Source: Pseudomonas phage OBP. Taken from it: DNA of 32,000 nucleotides. The stretch lies in sequence record NC_016571.1. One strand, written 5' to 3'. A program made the translations under genes and the position numbers. Shown one piece after another: positions 1 to 8,921 of this stretch. Under the pieces are notes generated by a model. The model was not told where the DNA came from. It saw only the letters and a list, made by a program, of their open reading frames with translations, and searched no databases. Every line of letters starts with the position of its first letter. The stretch's first letter is position 1.

Positions 1-1064
1 GACTCAAATTCAGTAGCTGGGATGTTCAGAGTAACTGGATTACCCTGGAAGAACGCCTGAACGTTAACTTCAACCACGTCACCTTTAGATGCAGTGATCT
101 CGGCAGGAGTCACCACAAAGGTCAAATCCAACTGTTCATCTTTCTCGATGATAACTTTGATACGGAAAGTCTTCTTAACCGGACGACCCATGTACATGTG
201 AGTAACACGTACCACGATGAAGTCAGTCACTTCCTTATCAGTCGCACCGAAGATCGTTTCACCCTCAATGGACAGTTTGTCATCAGAACGTCTCGGAATG
301 GTGTAACCCGAATCAGTAGTGATGTCAACCTGAGCAGTCATGGTGATATCTTCTACACCACCGAACCAATAGGTGTTCGGGATGTTGAAGTCTTTACCAC
401 GGCTAGAGGTGATTTCGGTTGGGAGGTTAGATGTAATCTCAGGGAGCATCGCTTCGGCTTTAACCAGTTCATAAATGAACAGCGGGAATTCACCCATACC
501 GAATGCCGGATCAGTTACCTTAACCGTACCGGATTCTAACGTATCGTAATCGATAGAGGTCAGAGACTCACGAGTAGAAGTATAGGTATTAAAGAACAGC
601 CCACCGAAAGCTTTTTGCATGCCAGACATGGTCTTGGCGTTTTCTTGGTTGAGCAGAACACCGTAAGTATTCTTATAAGTCAACCAAAGCAGTGTAGCTT
701 CAACATCATCGTTTGCTTTAGCATATGCTTTAAGTTCGTCAACATCATTGATCTCAACAAAAGGAACAGCGAAGTCCTCAAGGATCTCTTTAATGGTAAC
801 GCGTTTAACTTCAACGTCAGCACGAGCAAAGCCAGTCTTACGAGATACGATACAAACACGGACGATACCATCCGGAAATGAGATTGGGTCTTCAATAACA
901 AGATCACCCGCAATCAAACCGGTGTAACGTTGCCGAGCAAGTTCTAACTCGTCATTAGGATCATCGATCTCAAGGTCAGCAATACGCTGCTTCAGATATT
1001 TGATCACAGGAGTGAATAAAGGATCTTTAATCACTTTACTGTTGGTTCTTGTAATAATCGCCAT
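1..1064 (-). CDS. Hypothetical large beta-rich (structural-looking) protein; only the N-terminal 354 aa are in the window because the gene runs off the left edge. Paralog-family member A
   Basis: Absent from the ORF track because there is no stop in the window. ATG at 1064-1062 is preceded by AGGAA. My translation MAIITRTNSKVIKDPLFTPVIKYLKQRIADLEIDDPNDELELARQRYTGL...VSRKTGFARADVEVKRV...FQGNPVTLNIPATEFE stays open to base 1; I checked it codon by codon at 1-59 and 501-539. The N-terminal ~150 aa align with the products of 14964..15566 and 5024..7159. Confidence 0.8.
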   Translation of the reverse strand, partial: MAIITRTNSKVIKDPLFTPVIKYLKQRIADLEIDDPNDELELARQRYTGLIAGDLVIEDPISFPDGIVRVCIVSRKTGFARADVEVKRVTIKEILEDFAVPFVEINDVDELKAYAKANDDVEATLLWLTYKNTYGVLLNQENAKTMSGMQKAFGGLFFNTYTSTRESLTSIDYDTLESGTVKVTDPAFGMGEFPLFIYELVKAEAMLPEITSNLPTEITSSRGKDFNIPNTYWFGGVEDITMTAQVDITTDSGYTIPRRSDDKLSIEGETIFGATDKEVTDFIVVRVTHMYMGRPVKKTFRIKVIIEKDEQLDLTFVVTPAEITASKGDVVEVNVQAFFQGNPVTLNIPATEFE

Positions 1065-1129
1065 GTTGGTCGATTCCTATATAAGTTGATATACTCTACA
1101 CTAGTGTTTGAAGCAAAGTATTCGATACC

Positions 1130-1174
1130 CAGCACAGAAATACAGAGTCTACCGGGGATGACCCGGTAGACTCT
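1130..1174 (-). terminator. Hairpin after the 1265-aa gene; putative intrinsic terminator or attenuator
   Basis: 13-bp perfect stem AGAGTCTACCGGG / CCCGGTAGACTCT (1144-1156 / 1162-1174) with a 5-nt loop. On the minus strand it starts 10 nt after the stop at 1184 and is followed by TATTTCTGTG, which is only moderately U-rich. Confidence 0.5.
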
Positions 1175-1183
1175 TATATTAAG

Positions 1184-4100
1184 TTACACTTTTAATTTAA
1201 GCGTGGTTGGTTTATTAGCCTTACCAGATCGCACTTCAAGTTGAACTTCGAACTCAACCGGATGAGGGGGTGGGTACTTAACTATCTTAATCGTTAATGT
1301 ACGAGCCACAGAGTTAGATGAAACAGTCAGTCCAGCAAATGTACCAGACTGAGTAATGACCTTCCCAGAAACGTCCTCAGGTCCAATCTGAGTACCTTCA
1401 TAAGTCGCTGGATAAACGTACACAACTTCGGTATCGGTTATCTGAACTTTAGGTGTTCCTAACACAAGACGGTTGTACGGTTTATTGATTCCGTAAACAA
1501 TCACGTCTGCTTCATAACTAACACCGTCTTTGCTAATACCGCGAACTTTATGATGGACATCTTGTTTGTCATTCAGGAAGACGATAAACTCACCGTAAAC
1601 CAGATTGGTAACAGGATCGATAGCCAGCTTACCTTTAGCCAATCTTACATCCTTGGAGGCAGTCCATATTACATCGCTAAGTTCATTACCCATATTGGTC
1701 CAGTATATTCTCAGGACATCCGTCTTAGGGATTATCTCGGAATATACTTGTTGGGTATAACCAACGTTATCTGTGTTAGCATAACCGGATCTCAGAATAA
1801 CTTGGTTAGGTGCGCCTTCGATGCTCAGAGCGATATCAAATAGAATAGCTTCGGCATCCACACCAACCTTCTGATTAAGTTTTAGAGTATCGCCAATTTG
1901 GACCAAATCAATAGGTTCCACTTTAGCTTTCTCACCACCAAACAGATAGTTGATCTTTTCGATCTTAGCAACACCCACTGAATTACCACGGGTATTCTTC
2001 AAGTCATAAGTAAATTCGAATGACCGAGTCGCATTATCCCATACTGGTTTCTTTGTGACCTCAACTGAAAACTTTGGTTCTTGAGGGGCCGAGCTCTCAA
2101 TTACACCATCGAAAGAGATAGGGTAAACAGTAGTGTCCGGAGTAGGGAGCATGAATACGTTATTACCTGCGTAATACATATCCTTGCCACGGTTAATTAC
2201 GGCAGGGAACTTAATGGTGAGTTCATTGCCCACTTGGTTCCACGATGCTACTGGTTCACCAGGAAGGTTATTCACTTGCTCTTTCCAGATGCGCTGATTC
2301 ATACTAATGTATTCAGCAGGAATAGAAGACCAGTCGCCAATCACCCAAGTAACTTCCAATGGTCTAGCTAGATCGTCACCTATCTTCATGCTTTTGAATT
2401 CAGCACGACCAGGAACATTATACTGCTCTTTAAATTCCAGAGTCAGTGTGTTCTTCTGGTCAACGATAAGTGATAACGCTCCTTCGAGCACCTGAGATTT
2501 CAGTGGGTCATCCAGACGAATACGAATAGCGAAGGTTTTAAGTTCATCCACTGCGCGCATACTGACCAGTGTAGCGCCAGGGATATTAACATCGCCCAAG
2601 GTTACACTTTTGCTTTCACCTAGGTCATGTCTAACCACGCCAACACATATTTCTGTGTATCGGGTGCCCGACAAAACAGGATGTGCTAAACCAGCATATT
2701 CTAATTCAGCCTCAAACTTAGGCTCTTGTTTGAATTCTACCGTAGCAAGTTTATCAGAGAAGTCAGTGACGTTAGTATCAGCAAAGCGAATATCAAGGGA
2801 GTAGTTACTTCCTGACCAATCCAGCTTACCTAACTCAACGGTCATTGTCACAGCGCCATTCTTAAATGCAAAATCAGAATAGTTGCGGATTCCCTTGTGT
2901 GGATAAATCTCTTCCACGCTCACTACGTCGGTGATGTTAGCTGTGGGCATCCCATCCGGAGTACGCAAACCGAATGACAGCCTTACCCTATTACCATCTA
3001 ACAGTTCAGATTTAACACCCGATACTAAATAAGGGTAGAAGTCAGAACCTATGGTAACATTGGTCTTAACTGACATCGGAGGTAATCCATAATCAGGGGT
3101 ATTGATCAGAGCTGTAAATTCAAACTCGTCTTTCATACCGCTTGGGATAACGTCAACGTAATAAGTCAGATTACCCTCTTCACTAGAGTACTCCCACTTT
3201 TTGACTAACACTCTTCCATTAGGGGTTGAGACTTCATTAGCCATTGTTACGTTGATTGGGTGCGTTCCATCTTCCCACTGTAGCTTGGTTGTTACGCCAA
3301 GAGTATTGTCATTGACCAGCTTAGACATCACTGGGGTAGAAGTTAATTCACCCTCACCGGGTTTCAGGAATAGCTCAACCTCATCGCTGAAAATAATAGA
3401 GCGACAGTTATCAGAAGCAAAAACAAGTCGACCACCGAGAAGTTTCTTAACAGGTCTAAGAGTACGAGCCGCCCCTCTGAACGTAATCTTAACCACGTTC
3501 GCACCAAGATGTTCGAGTTCTGTTTCATACTGAGAACCTTTATTCTCGGCAAGTTTAACTGTGCCGATTGGGTACCCTCTTGAAAGTATGAGGGTCTCAA
3601 CAACATCAGCTGTTTTGATTTCAGTGGCGATCGAATCGATAGCGAGGGATTTCAACACTACTTTCATATCGTAAAGGAAATCATTTCCTCTAAAGCTATA
3701 AATACCTAATGCTGAGAATTCGACATCACGACTATCATCTTGGCGGACATTCCACTGAAGGACTGTCTTGCCTTCTACAGATTTAACTGATGGAGATAAG
3801 ATATCTCCCAGACCACGTGAAGTGAATGCATTACGCTGGTAATCATTCAACAGCGAAATAGGAACATTCAGTCCAGTTTCATCCGAAGTAACTGTAATCG
3901 GCAGATTGATTGTTTCGCCTTTAAAGAAAGGGGTACCGTACGCAATCTTACATTTTACTTGCTTAGGTGGGATCTGAACCAGCAGGCTAACAAAGTGAGG
4001 ATCGAACTCATCGGCTGTGACTAACATACCCAGCTCATAATCCATTTTAATTAGATTATTTTCATTCACTTTAATAGATGCACGAAGATCACCAGTAAGA

Positions 4101-4981
4101 GGATTGTAATCCACTTTAGAGACCTTAACAGAACCACTTGGTACATTGGTAGCCGATTTCAGAGTAAGCGGTATAGAGAGCTTCTCAGGGGGTTTACCTG
4201 TCGTACCCCAACGGAAGTTAGCTACAAATGTTAAAAGACCCTTTTCAATAAACCCACCAACCACACGAGACCGAATCGTTCTGCTGCGAGGTACGGGACT
4301 TTTGACTTTAACATTGGTCGTGGTTTTAGTTTCTTCAACCGCTACTGGGAATTGGACATCGACATCAACCATGTTGCCCGTAAGCTTATCCATTTTGATG
4401 TTGACTGTTAGCTCACCGAGATTACTATCCCAAGTGTGCCAAACACCAGGACCGCTTACATCTACCCAAGCTCGTTTAGTTGGGCGACCGTCATCACGGG
4501 TGACACCAAGAACTACCTTTAATACCTCATCCGTAATACTGGATGAGATTCTCGTGACTTTAGGACCCAACTCGAGTTTGGACATGCGAGTCTTGAAAGT
4601 CAGTGTTGCGGTGTTGTCAGGAGTTTCAACAACCGTCTCGAACAGATATTCTAATACCTGGTCACTATTAGCGGAAGGTTGGATTTCCATAGTGAATGCA
4701 AACAAACCGCTCTCAGGTTTCCAATCAAACCAAATAGGGTATTTGGTTTTGTCTTTTGCATTAACCGTATTAATGAATGGGGTACGGACCACTGTCCCTT
4801 CTGGGATGGATCCTGTATCGTGTTTGATAATAGCGTGAAATGTTACTTGGTCTTTCTTGCTATTGGTTTCTACCTTTAACAGTTGGACCGAGAACGGTTC
4901 ATTGGGATCTATCCCAACGCTACTCTCGTGACTAATGTTCATACCAGCTCCTGGAGTAAAGAATCGTCTAAGGACGGACAT
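1184..4981 (-). CDS. Hypothetical very large (1265 aa) beta-rich protein, probably virion-associated or adhesin-like; function unknown
   Basis: Long uninterrupted ORF. The composition is rich in V/T/S/G/K/E with recurring beta-strand-like segments, such as LTFKTR...VNIKMDKL...VKVSKVDYNPLTGDLRASIKV. The ATG at 4981 has no SD and sits inside a hairpin. The in-frame ATG at 4942 (MNISHESSV...) has GGAG 5 nt upstream and may be the real start. Confidence 0.8.
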   Translation of the reverse strand: MSVLRRFFTPGAGMNISHESSVGIDPNEPFSVQLLKVETNSKKDQVTFHAIIKHDTGSIPEGTVVRTPFINTVNAKDKTKYPIWFDWKPESGLFAFTMEIQPSANSDQVLEYLFETVVETPDNTATLTFKTRMSKLELGPKVTRISSSITDEVLKVVLGVTRDDGRPTKRAWVDVSGPGVWHTWDSNLGELTVNIKMDKLTGNMVDVDVQFPVAVEETKTTTNVKVKSPVPRSRTIRSRVVGGFIEKGLLTFVANFRWGTTGKPPEKLSIPLTLKSATNVPSGSVKVSKVDYNPLTGDLRASIKVNENNLIKMDYELGMLVTADEFDPHFVSLLVQIPPKQVKCKIAYGTPFFKGETINLPITVTSDETGLNVPISLLNDYQRNAFTSRGLGDILSPSVKSVEGKTVLQWNVRQDDSRDVEFSALGIYSFRGNDFLYDMKVVLKSLAIDSIATEIKTADVVETLILSRGYPIGTVKLAENKGSQYETELEHLGANVVKITFRGAARTLRPVKKLLGGRLVFASDNCRSIIFSDEVELFLKPGEGELTSTPVMSKLVNDNTLGVTTKLQWEDGTHPINVTMANEVSTPNGRVLVKKWEYSSEEGNLTYYVDVIPSGMKDEFEFTALINTPDYGLPPMSVKTNVTIGSDFYPYLVSGVKSELLDGNRVRLSFGLRTPDGMPTANITDVVSVEEIYPHKGIRNYSDFAFKNGAVTMTVELGKLDWSGSNYSLDIRFADTNVTDFSDKLATVEFKQEPKFEAELEYAGLAHPVLSGTRYTEICVGVVRHDLGESKSVTLGDVNIPGATLVSMRAVDELKTFAIRIRLDDPLKSQVLEGALSLIVDQKNTLTLEFKEQYNVPGRAEFKSMKIGDDLARPLEVTWVIGDWSSIPAEYISMNQRIWKEQVNNLPGEPVASWNQVGNELTIKFPAVINRGKDMYYAGNNVFMLPTPDTTVYPISFDGVIESSAPQEPKFSVEVTKKPVWDNATRSFEFTYDLKNTRGNSVGVAKIEKINYLFGGEKAKVEPIDLVQIGDTLKLNQKVGVDAEAILFDIALSIEGAPNQVILRSGYANTDNVGYTQQVYSEIIPKTDVLRIYWTNMGNELSDVIWTASKDVRLAKGKLAIDPVTNLVYGEFIVFLNDKQDVHHKVRGISKDGVSYEADVIVYGINKPYNRLVLGTPKVQITDTEVVYVYPATYEGTQIGPEDVSGKVITQSGTFAGLTVSSNSVARTLTIKIVKYPPPHPVEFEVQLEVRSGKANKPTTLKLKV

Positions 4982-5012
4982 AGAATCTGAGAGCCACAGC
5001 CCCCAGATTCTA
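4981..5012 (-). promoter_or_regulatory. Intergenic hairpin between the 711-aa and 1265-aa genes
   Basis: 9-bp arms TAGAATCTG (4981-4989) / CAGATTCTA (5004-5012) with a 14-nt loop. One arm includes the first base of the upstream-most ATG of the 1265-aa ORF. Confidence 0.3.
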
Positions 5013-5023
5013 GTTGTAGTCTT

Positions 5024-7159
5024 TTATGAGTGCGGATAAGTCGCAGTGTGGAAGTACACACTGGTCAAATCATCTTGGTTACTAAAATAGAGACGATAAT
5101 AGGTTTCGTTAGGATCCCAACCGATTAAACAGTAGAAGGTAACTGTTCTTTCATTTGGATTCTCTCTGCCCGATATCCAGCCTGTTGTCAGACTGTCATT
5201 CCCGTAATTATAATCACGTTCCACAATCACTTTATCAGAAGTGATGCCGCCCTCAGGAAGTCTAAGGGTAAATTGCATCATTTTCTTTTCTGGATCGAAC
5301 TGAGCAGTTATCTCGCCTACATCAACAGGGGTATATGTGAATTCGGTATCTATATCTACCTGTTCACCATTGACCTCTAATGTCACTCGTGTCAATCCAC
5401 TCGCTGGGCGGTTGTAATCGACAATGTGCATATCCAGTACGGCAGCTGTACCAACGCCATCAGAGATAGGGGATATATTACTGATGCTACTCCATATACC
5501 AGGCATCAGGTTCTTATTCTTCCACGTCGCTTGACCGTCAGTGATTCCATTTGCTTTGATCAGTTTGAATACACCACGCTTACGGTAACGAGTCATACGT
5601 TCCCAGTTCACCACTACACCTTCTGGACCAGTATATCCATATCGATGTTCGAACCAGGTGGATGGTTGTTTAATGTATTCGTAAGCAGTAACTTTGACTG
5701 TACTCAATACCGTTTGAACATCCACTTCCGATAAGTTAGTGAATTTTAGTTCATACCCTTCGGTTGTTTGAGTTATGTTGAATCTTTCACCAGATGTTTC
5801 ATTCATTAACACCGTAGCATCGAAACCGATTCTTCCTTTGATTGGAGTTCTGGCTGGGTCGTTAAAGGTAATGGCTACTTTGGCTTTAAACAGATATTCC
5901 ACTTCTGTTTTCTCAAGGGGTTCAGGAATAGCAATGATTCCAGTCGCACCTTCAGGCCAATTAAGATATCTGGCACCACTACCAATTATCCAGTTAGAGG
6001 TATCACCATTTGCACCGTCAACTAAGAATGAGACATTAAACTCACCCAACTCATTAAACCCAGGACCATCAGTTACCACAGTCAGTCGATCACTACTACC
6101 TGATAAACTAGTGACTACGGCTTCAAGATGAATATCTTCACCGCCTTCATTGTAGTCATAGAAGATCTTACCAGGTATTGTTAAGGTATTGGCCTGTACA
6201 CCACCACCGAACCAATATTGACCTTGGATCTGTTTCCATACCGAAAGGTTACCGCAAGACATTGAGTTCCAGTTTGGTGGACTGTGATCAAATGACTTAT
6301 CGAATTCAAACTCGACACCGTTGACAGTAACCTTTCCCTTTATCTCACGCTTGCCAGGATAGAAAGCCTTACGCTTTAATGTGAGTTTGAGTTTTGCAGT
6401 TTTACCATCTGGATTGATAACGAGTTCATCCGCATCAAAGTCAGGATGGGTGGCTGCAAGAACCCATTCAGCACCTTCAAGTTTCTTACCCAAAGTAAAG
6501 GTGAGTGTCGAGATACCAGCGACCATTTGTGAACGAGTGACGGTCATGTCATCTTCATCAGGTCCTATTGGACGATACTGGTCTCTGATATACAGAGCGG
6601 CGTTCTGTATACCGAGTGAAAGGTCCTCAACAGAAACACTACCTGATGTCATGGACTCCGGATCATAATCAGCGGTTAATGCCCTGATCTTATCGAACTG
6701 GATATTCCCTAACAAATCAGGGATGGTGTTGATTAATGCTTCGGTTTGGATGATAACCCCAAACGTTTGATTCCAGTCGTTATAAATAACATAGGAATCA
6801 ACATCTTGCTTATTGGACAATACCGCTCTTAGATCGTCCTGAGTTTCCATAATTGGAACATGAACTTCGAACTCGTCCAACATTTGTTTAAAGGTAACTG
6901 GGAAAATCTCAAGATCGTATCGTGCAAATCCTCGGTGGCGTGCAACGAAACATACTTGTAATCTTCCATCGGGGAAAGGACAAATAGATTCTATTTGAAT
7001 ATCTCTATATCCCATTCCACCATAACGCTTGACACATTGATCATACATGGCTTGGTTACCTTCAGCCAGGTATTTATCCTGTATCTTCTTAAGCGCTATC
7101 TTAACACATGGCCAAGCAGGGTACTTGAGCAGTGTCGTAGAATCAAACACTTTATCCAT
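5024..7159 (-). CDS. Hypothetical 711-aa beta-rich protein; paralog-family member C
   Basis: The ORF track extends to 7213, but the ATG at 7159 (MDKVFDSTTLLKYPAWP...) has GGAG 9 nt upstream. The segment PFPDGRLQVCFVARHRGFARYDLEIFPVTFKQMLDEFEVHVP...DDLRAVLSNKQDVDSYVIYNDWNQTFGVIIQTEAL aligns with the N-terminal domain of genes 1..1064 and 14964..15566. Confidence 0.8.
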   Translation of the reverse strand: MDKVFDSTTLLKYPAWPCVKIALKKIQDKYLAEGNQAMYDQCVKRYGGMGYRDIQIESICPFPDGRLQVCFVARHRGFARYDLEIFPVTFKQMLDEFEVHVPIMETQDDLRAVLSNKQDVDSYVIYNDWNQTFGVIIQTEALINTIPDLLGNIQFDKIRALTADYDPESMTSGSVSVEDLSLGIQNAALYIRDQYRPIGPDEDDMTVTRSQMVAGISTLTFTLGKKLEGAEWVLAATHPDFDADELVINPDGKTAKLKLTLKRKAFYPGKREIKGKVTVNGVEFEFDKSFDHSPPNWNSMSCGNLSVWKQIQGQYWFGGGVQANTLTIPGKIFYDYNEGGEDIHLEAVVTSLSGSSDRLTVVTDGPGFNELGEFNVSFLVDGANGDTSNWIIGSGARYLNWPEGATGIIAIPEPLEKTEVEYLFKAKVAITFNDPARTPIKGRIGFDATVLMNETSGERFNITQTTEGYELKFTNLSEVDVQTVLSTVKVTAYEYIKQPSTWFEHRYGYTGPEGVVVNWERMTRYRKRGVFKLIKANGITDGQATWKNKNLMPGIWSSISNISPISDGVGTAAVLDMHIVDYNRPASGLTRVTLEVNGEQVDIDTEFTYTPVDVGEITAQFDPEKKMMQFTLRLPEGGITSDKVIVERDYNYGNDSLTTGWISGRENPNERTVTFYCLIGWDPNETYYRLYFSNQDDLTSVYFHTATYPHS

Positions 7160-7205
7160 CTTTACAACTCCAGATTGGTTGTTGGTTACCCAAGGGGCAT
7201 AGGAT

Positions 7206-7235
7206 CCTCCCACACCCCGTTAGGGATGCAGGAGG
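7206..7235 (-). other. GC-rich hairpin between yfaE and the 711-aa gene; possible RNA stability or processing element
   Basis: On the minus strand, CCTCC..CATCCC-TAAC-GGGGTG..GGAGG: an outer 5-bp stem plus an inner 6-bp stem (one G-U pair) around a 4-nt loop. There is no U-tract after it, so it is not a canonical terminator. Confidence 0.3.
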
Positions 7236-7241
7236 CTATGG

Positions 7242-7496
7242 TTACAGGTCTATCTCAATATCACCCTTGGGCTTTACACAACAAGGTAGGATCTCACCTT
7301 TGTTAATGAATGCTAGTGGTTCTCTTATCCATGTCACTTCTCCTTTGAGAAGCTTGCAACGACAAGAACCACAATAACCTTCACGACATTGGTACTCCAC
7401 CTCTACCTGATTGGCCTCTAGGGCAGCAAGTAAAGAAGGATGTTCTCCTTTTACTTCAACTTCTTTATCTAGCTTAAATAGCTTGATCAGACTCAT
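7242..7496 (-). CDS. yfaE: YfaE-like [2Fe-2S] ferredoxin (RNR beta-subunit maintenance ferredoxin)
   Basis: 84 aa. HPSLLAALEANQVEVEYQCREGYCGSCRCKLLKGEV...EPLAFINKGEILPCCVKPKGDIEIDL carries the C-x4-C-x2-C...C cluster pattern. From memory it is close to E. coli YfaE. Its start overlaps the nrdB stop (TAATG), the same gene order as in the enterobacterial nrdAB-yfaE operon. Confidence 0.9.
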   Translation of the reverse strand: MSLIKLFKLDKEVEVKGEHPSLLAALEANQVEVEYQCREGYCGSCRCKLLKGEVTWIREPLAFINKGEILPCCVKPKGDIEIDL

Positions 7497-8629
7497 TACA
7501 GTTGGAAATCACCGAACTCGGCAGTATCTACTTCTGAGTCGATCTGACCTACCAGGTAAGAAGAAACTTCTACTTCCTGAGGAGCAACCTGAACGTTGTC
7601 AGTTACCAGCCATGAGTTAATCCATGGAATTGGGTTAGAGTTGGTTTTGAATGGAAGATCCAAACCGATCGCCTGCATACGGATGTTGGTAATGTACTCA
7701 ACATACTGGCAGAGGATCTCTTTGTTCAGACCGATCATTGAACCATCTTTGAACAGATAGTCAGCCCACTCTTTTTCTTGCTGAGCGGTAGCAACGAACA
7801 TGTCGTATGACTCTTGACGACACTCTGCTGCAATCTCAGCCATCTCTGGATCATCTTTACCAGAGTTCATCAGGTTGATGATGTGCTGAGTACCAACCAT
7901 GTGAAGTGCTTCGTCACGTGCGATCATTTTGATGATCTTAGCGTTACCTTCCATCAGCTTACGTTCGGCAAATGCGAATGAGCAAGCGAAGGATACGTAG
8001 AAACGAATAGCTTCAAGTGAGTTGATAGATTGCAGAGCCAGGTACAGTGCTTTCTTAATAGCACGAAGATTAACATTAACCTTCTCGCCATTGACTACGT
8101 GGTCACCCAGACCCAGGTAATAGTACTGGTTGATCAAGGCAATCAGTTTGTCGTAGTAATGGGAAACAGATGCAGCACGTTTCTTGATATGTTCGTTATC
8201 TACAACGTCATCAAAGACAATGGAAGGATCGTTAACGATGTTCCTGATGATGTGAGTATAGCTACGACTGTGGATGGTTTCAGAGAAGCCCCAGGTCTCA
8301 GCCCATGTTTCCAGCTCTGGGATAGAGCAGATCGGGAGTAATGCAACGTTTGGACCACGGCCCTGGATAGAGTCCAGTAGTGTCTGATATTTCAGGTTAC
8401 TGATGAACAGGTGTTTCTCGTGATCTGGTAAAGCCATGTAGTCAATACGGTCACGGGAGACATCTACTTCTTCAGGACGCCAGAAGAAAGAAAGTTGTTT
8501 CTCAATGAGTTTCTCAAAGATCTCATACTTCTGTTGGTCGTAACGAGAAACGTTGACGTTTTGACCCAGGAACATGTGTTCTTGTAATTGATCGTTTTTG
8601 TTTTGGTTGAAAGTTGAGTAACCTGACAT
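7496..8629 (-). CDS. nrdB: Class Ia ribonucleotide reductase beta subunit
   Basis: 377 aa. Contains the diiron and radical motifs [27 protein letters not shown] and [13 protein letters not shown]. The C-terminal tail [24 protein letters not shown] is near-identical to the NrdA-binding tail of E. coli NrdB as I remember it. Confidence 0.97.
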   Translation of the reverse strand: MSGYSTFNQNKNDQLQEHMFLGQNVNVSRYDQQKYEIFEKLIEKQLSFFWRPEEVDVSRDRIDYMALPDHEKHLFISNLKYQTLLDSIQGRGPNVALLPICSIPELETWAETWGFSETIHSRSYTHIIRNIVNDPSIVFDDVVDNEHIKKRAASVSHYYDKLIALINQYYYLGLGDHVVNGEKVNVNLRAIKKALYLALQSINSLEAIRFYVSFACSFAFAERKLMEGNAKIIKMIARDEALHMVGTQHIINLMNSGKDDPEMAEIAAECRQESYDMFVATAQQEKEWADYLFKDGSMIGLNKEILCQYVEYITNIRMQAIGLDLPFKTNSNPIPWINSWLVTDNVQVAPQEVEVSSYLVGQIDSEVDTAEFGDFQL

Positions 8630-8727
8630 GTCTAATTCCTTGAAAAAGATTGGGATTGAATTTGTTTAGCTAATGATGTAATCGTTGATAAAAACTTTAC
8701 TGTCTAATGTAACAGTACTTTATTAAT

Positions 8728-8776
8728 CCCTTCCCTATTATTTAGTTTAGATATCTCCGGTTAGGAGGGGGAAGGG
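8728..8776. repeat. Inverted repeat CCCTTCCC / GGGAAGGG in the divergent intergenic region
   Basis: Arms at 8728-8735 and 8769-8776 are separated by 33 nt. The spacer contains a small inner palindrome, CTCC-GGTTA-GGAG (8755-8767). Two further 6-bp hairpins flank the repeat at 8698-8717 and 8795-8809. Confidence 0.4.
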
Positions 8777-8861
8777 GAGTTTGTTTAATAACGCGTTTAC
8801 GAAGTAAACATCCTTTAATGTCCTTTCCCGGTGAGCAGCCTGATTCATTTGTATATGGTTT

Positions 8862-8887
8862 CAGACATATATTATTTACGTGTATAA
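8862..8887 (+). promoter_or_regulatory. Promoter-like motif copy 1 (ATATTAY-N5-TGTA family)
   Basis: cagacaTATATTATttacgTGTATAA. TATATTAT is at 8868-8875 and TGTATAA at 8881-8887. TTTGTA (8848-8853) lies 16 nt upstream of TATTAT. The motif is 35 nt upstream of the ATG at 8922. Confidence 0.55.
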
Positions 8888-8921
8888 CATAAACCTATTC
8901 AAACTTATTAAGGATGTCATC

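Noticed and set aside
198-913. Plus- and minus-strand ORFs 198..539, 615..881 and 680..913 from the ORF track
   Set aside because: They lie inside or antisense to the long open minus-strand frame 1..1064, which has a good RBS and clear paralogs. They have no RBS and no recognisable composition.
1550-4879. Plus-strand ORFs antisense to the 1265-aa gene, including the 230-aa ORF 4146..4838
   Set aside because: Their S/T/L/V/R-rich, low-complexity translations are typical of the antisense frame of a long gene. They have no SD sequences and overlap a far longer, coherent minus-strand ORF.
5426-7306. Plus-strand ORFs 5426..5734, 5775..6131, 6381..6668 and 6995..7306
   Set aside because: They are antisense to the 711-aa gene and to yfaE, and the same reasoning applies.
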